A stretch of 64,000 nucleotides of DNA. Source: the human T2T-CHM13v2.0 reference genome, Homo sapiens. The notes below the pieces were generated by a model. It was not told where the DNA came from, searched no databases, and worked only from the letters and a program-made list of their open reading frames with translations. Position numbers and translations under genes: made by a program. Location: NCBI RefSeq assembly GCF_009914755.1, contig NC_060925.1; one strand, written 5' to 3'. Below, one piece after another: positions 62,017 to 64,000 of this stretch (position 1 is its first letter; every line of letters starts with the position of its first letter).

Positions 62017-64000
<1,984 letters not shown>

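Overview
Primate (most likely human) intronic DNA from the SRGAP2 locus, with the gene on the + strand. The only convincing host coding sequence is one 193-nt exon (37487-37679; canonical AG/GT, phase 1 to phase 2). It encodes F-BAR residues ~23-87: (E)IRAQLTEQMKCLDQQCELRVQLLQDLQDFFRKKAEIEMDYSRNLEKLAERFLAKTRSTKDQQF(K). Arg73 and Arg79 are both CGC, which points to ancestral SRGAP2A (or a great-ape orthologue) rather than the human-specific copies SRGAP2B/C/D. The rest is intron dense in interspersed repeats: about 32 Alu/FLAM/FRAM pieces, L2, MIR, old L1M, hAT-Charlie MITEs and MaLR LTRs. It also holds a 1.87-kb solo LTR12C (ERV9) lying antisense 2.7 kb downstream of the exon, and a frameshifted antisense L1PA2 running off the right edge. 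Nearly all ORFs in the supplied track are repeat-derived or chance ORFs. I see no evidence of a new multi-gene system. The best leads are regulatory or splicing hypotheses around the exon: the LTR12C CCAAT array, candidate cryptic exons, and inverted repeats flanking the exon. Repeat boundaries and subfamily calls were made by eye and are approximate.
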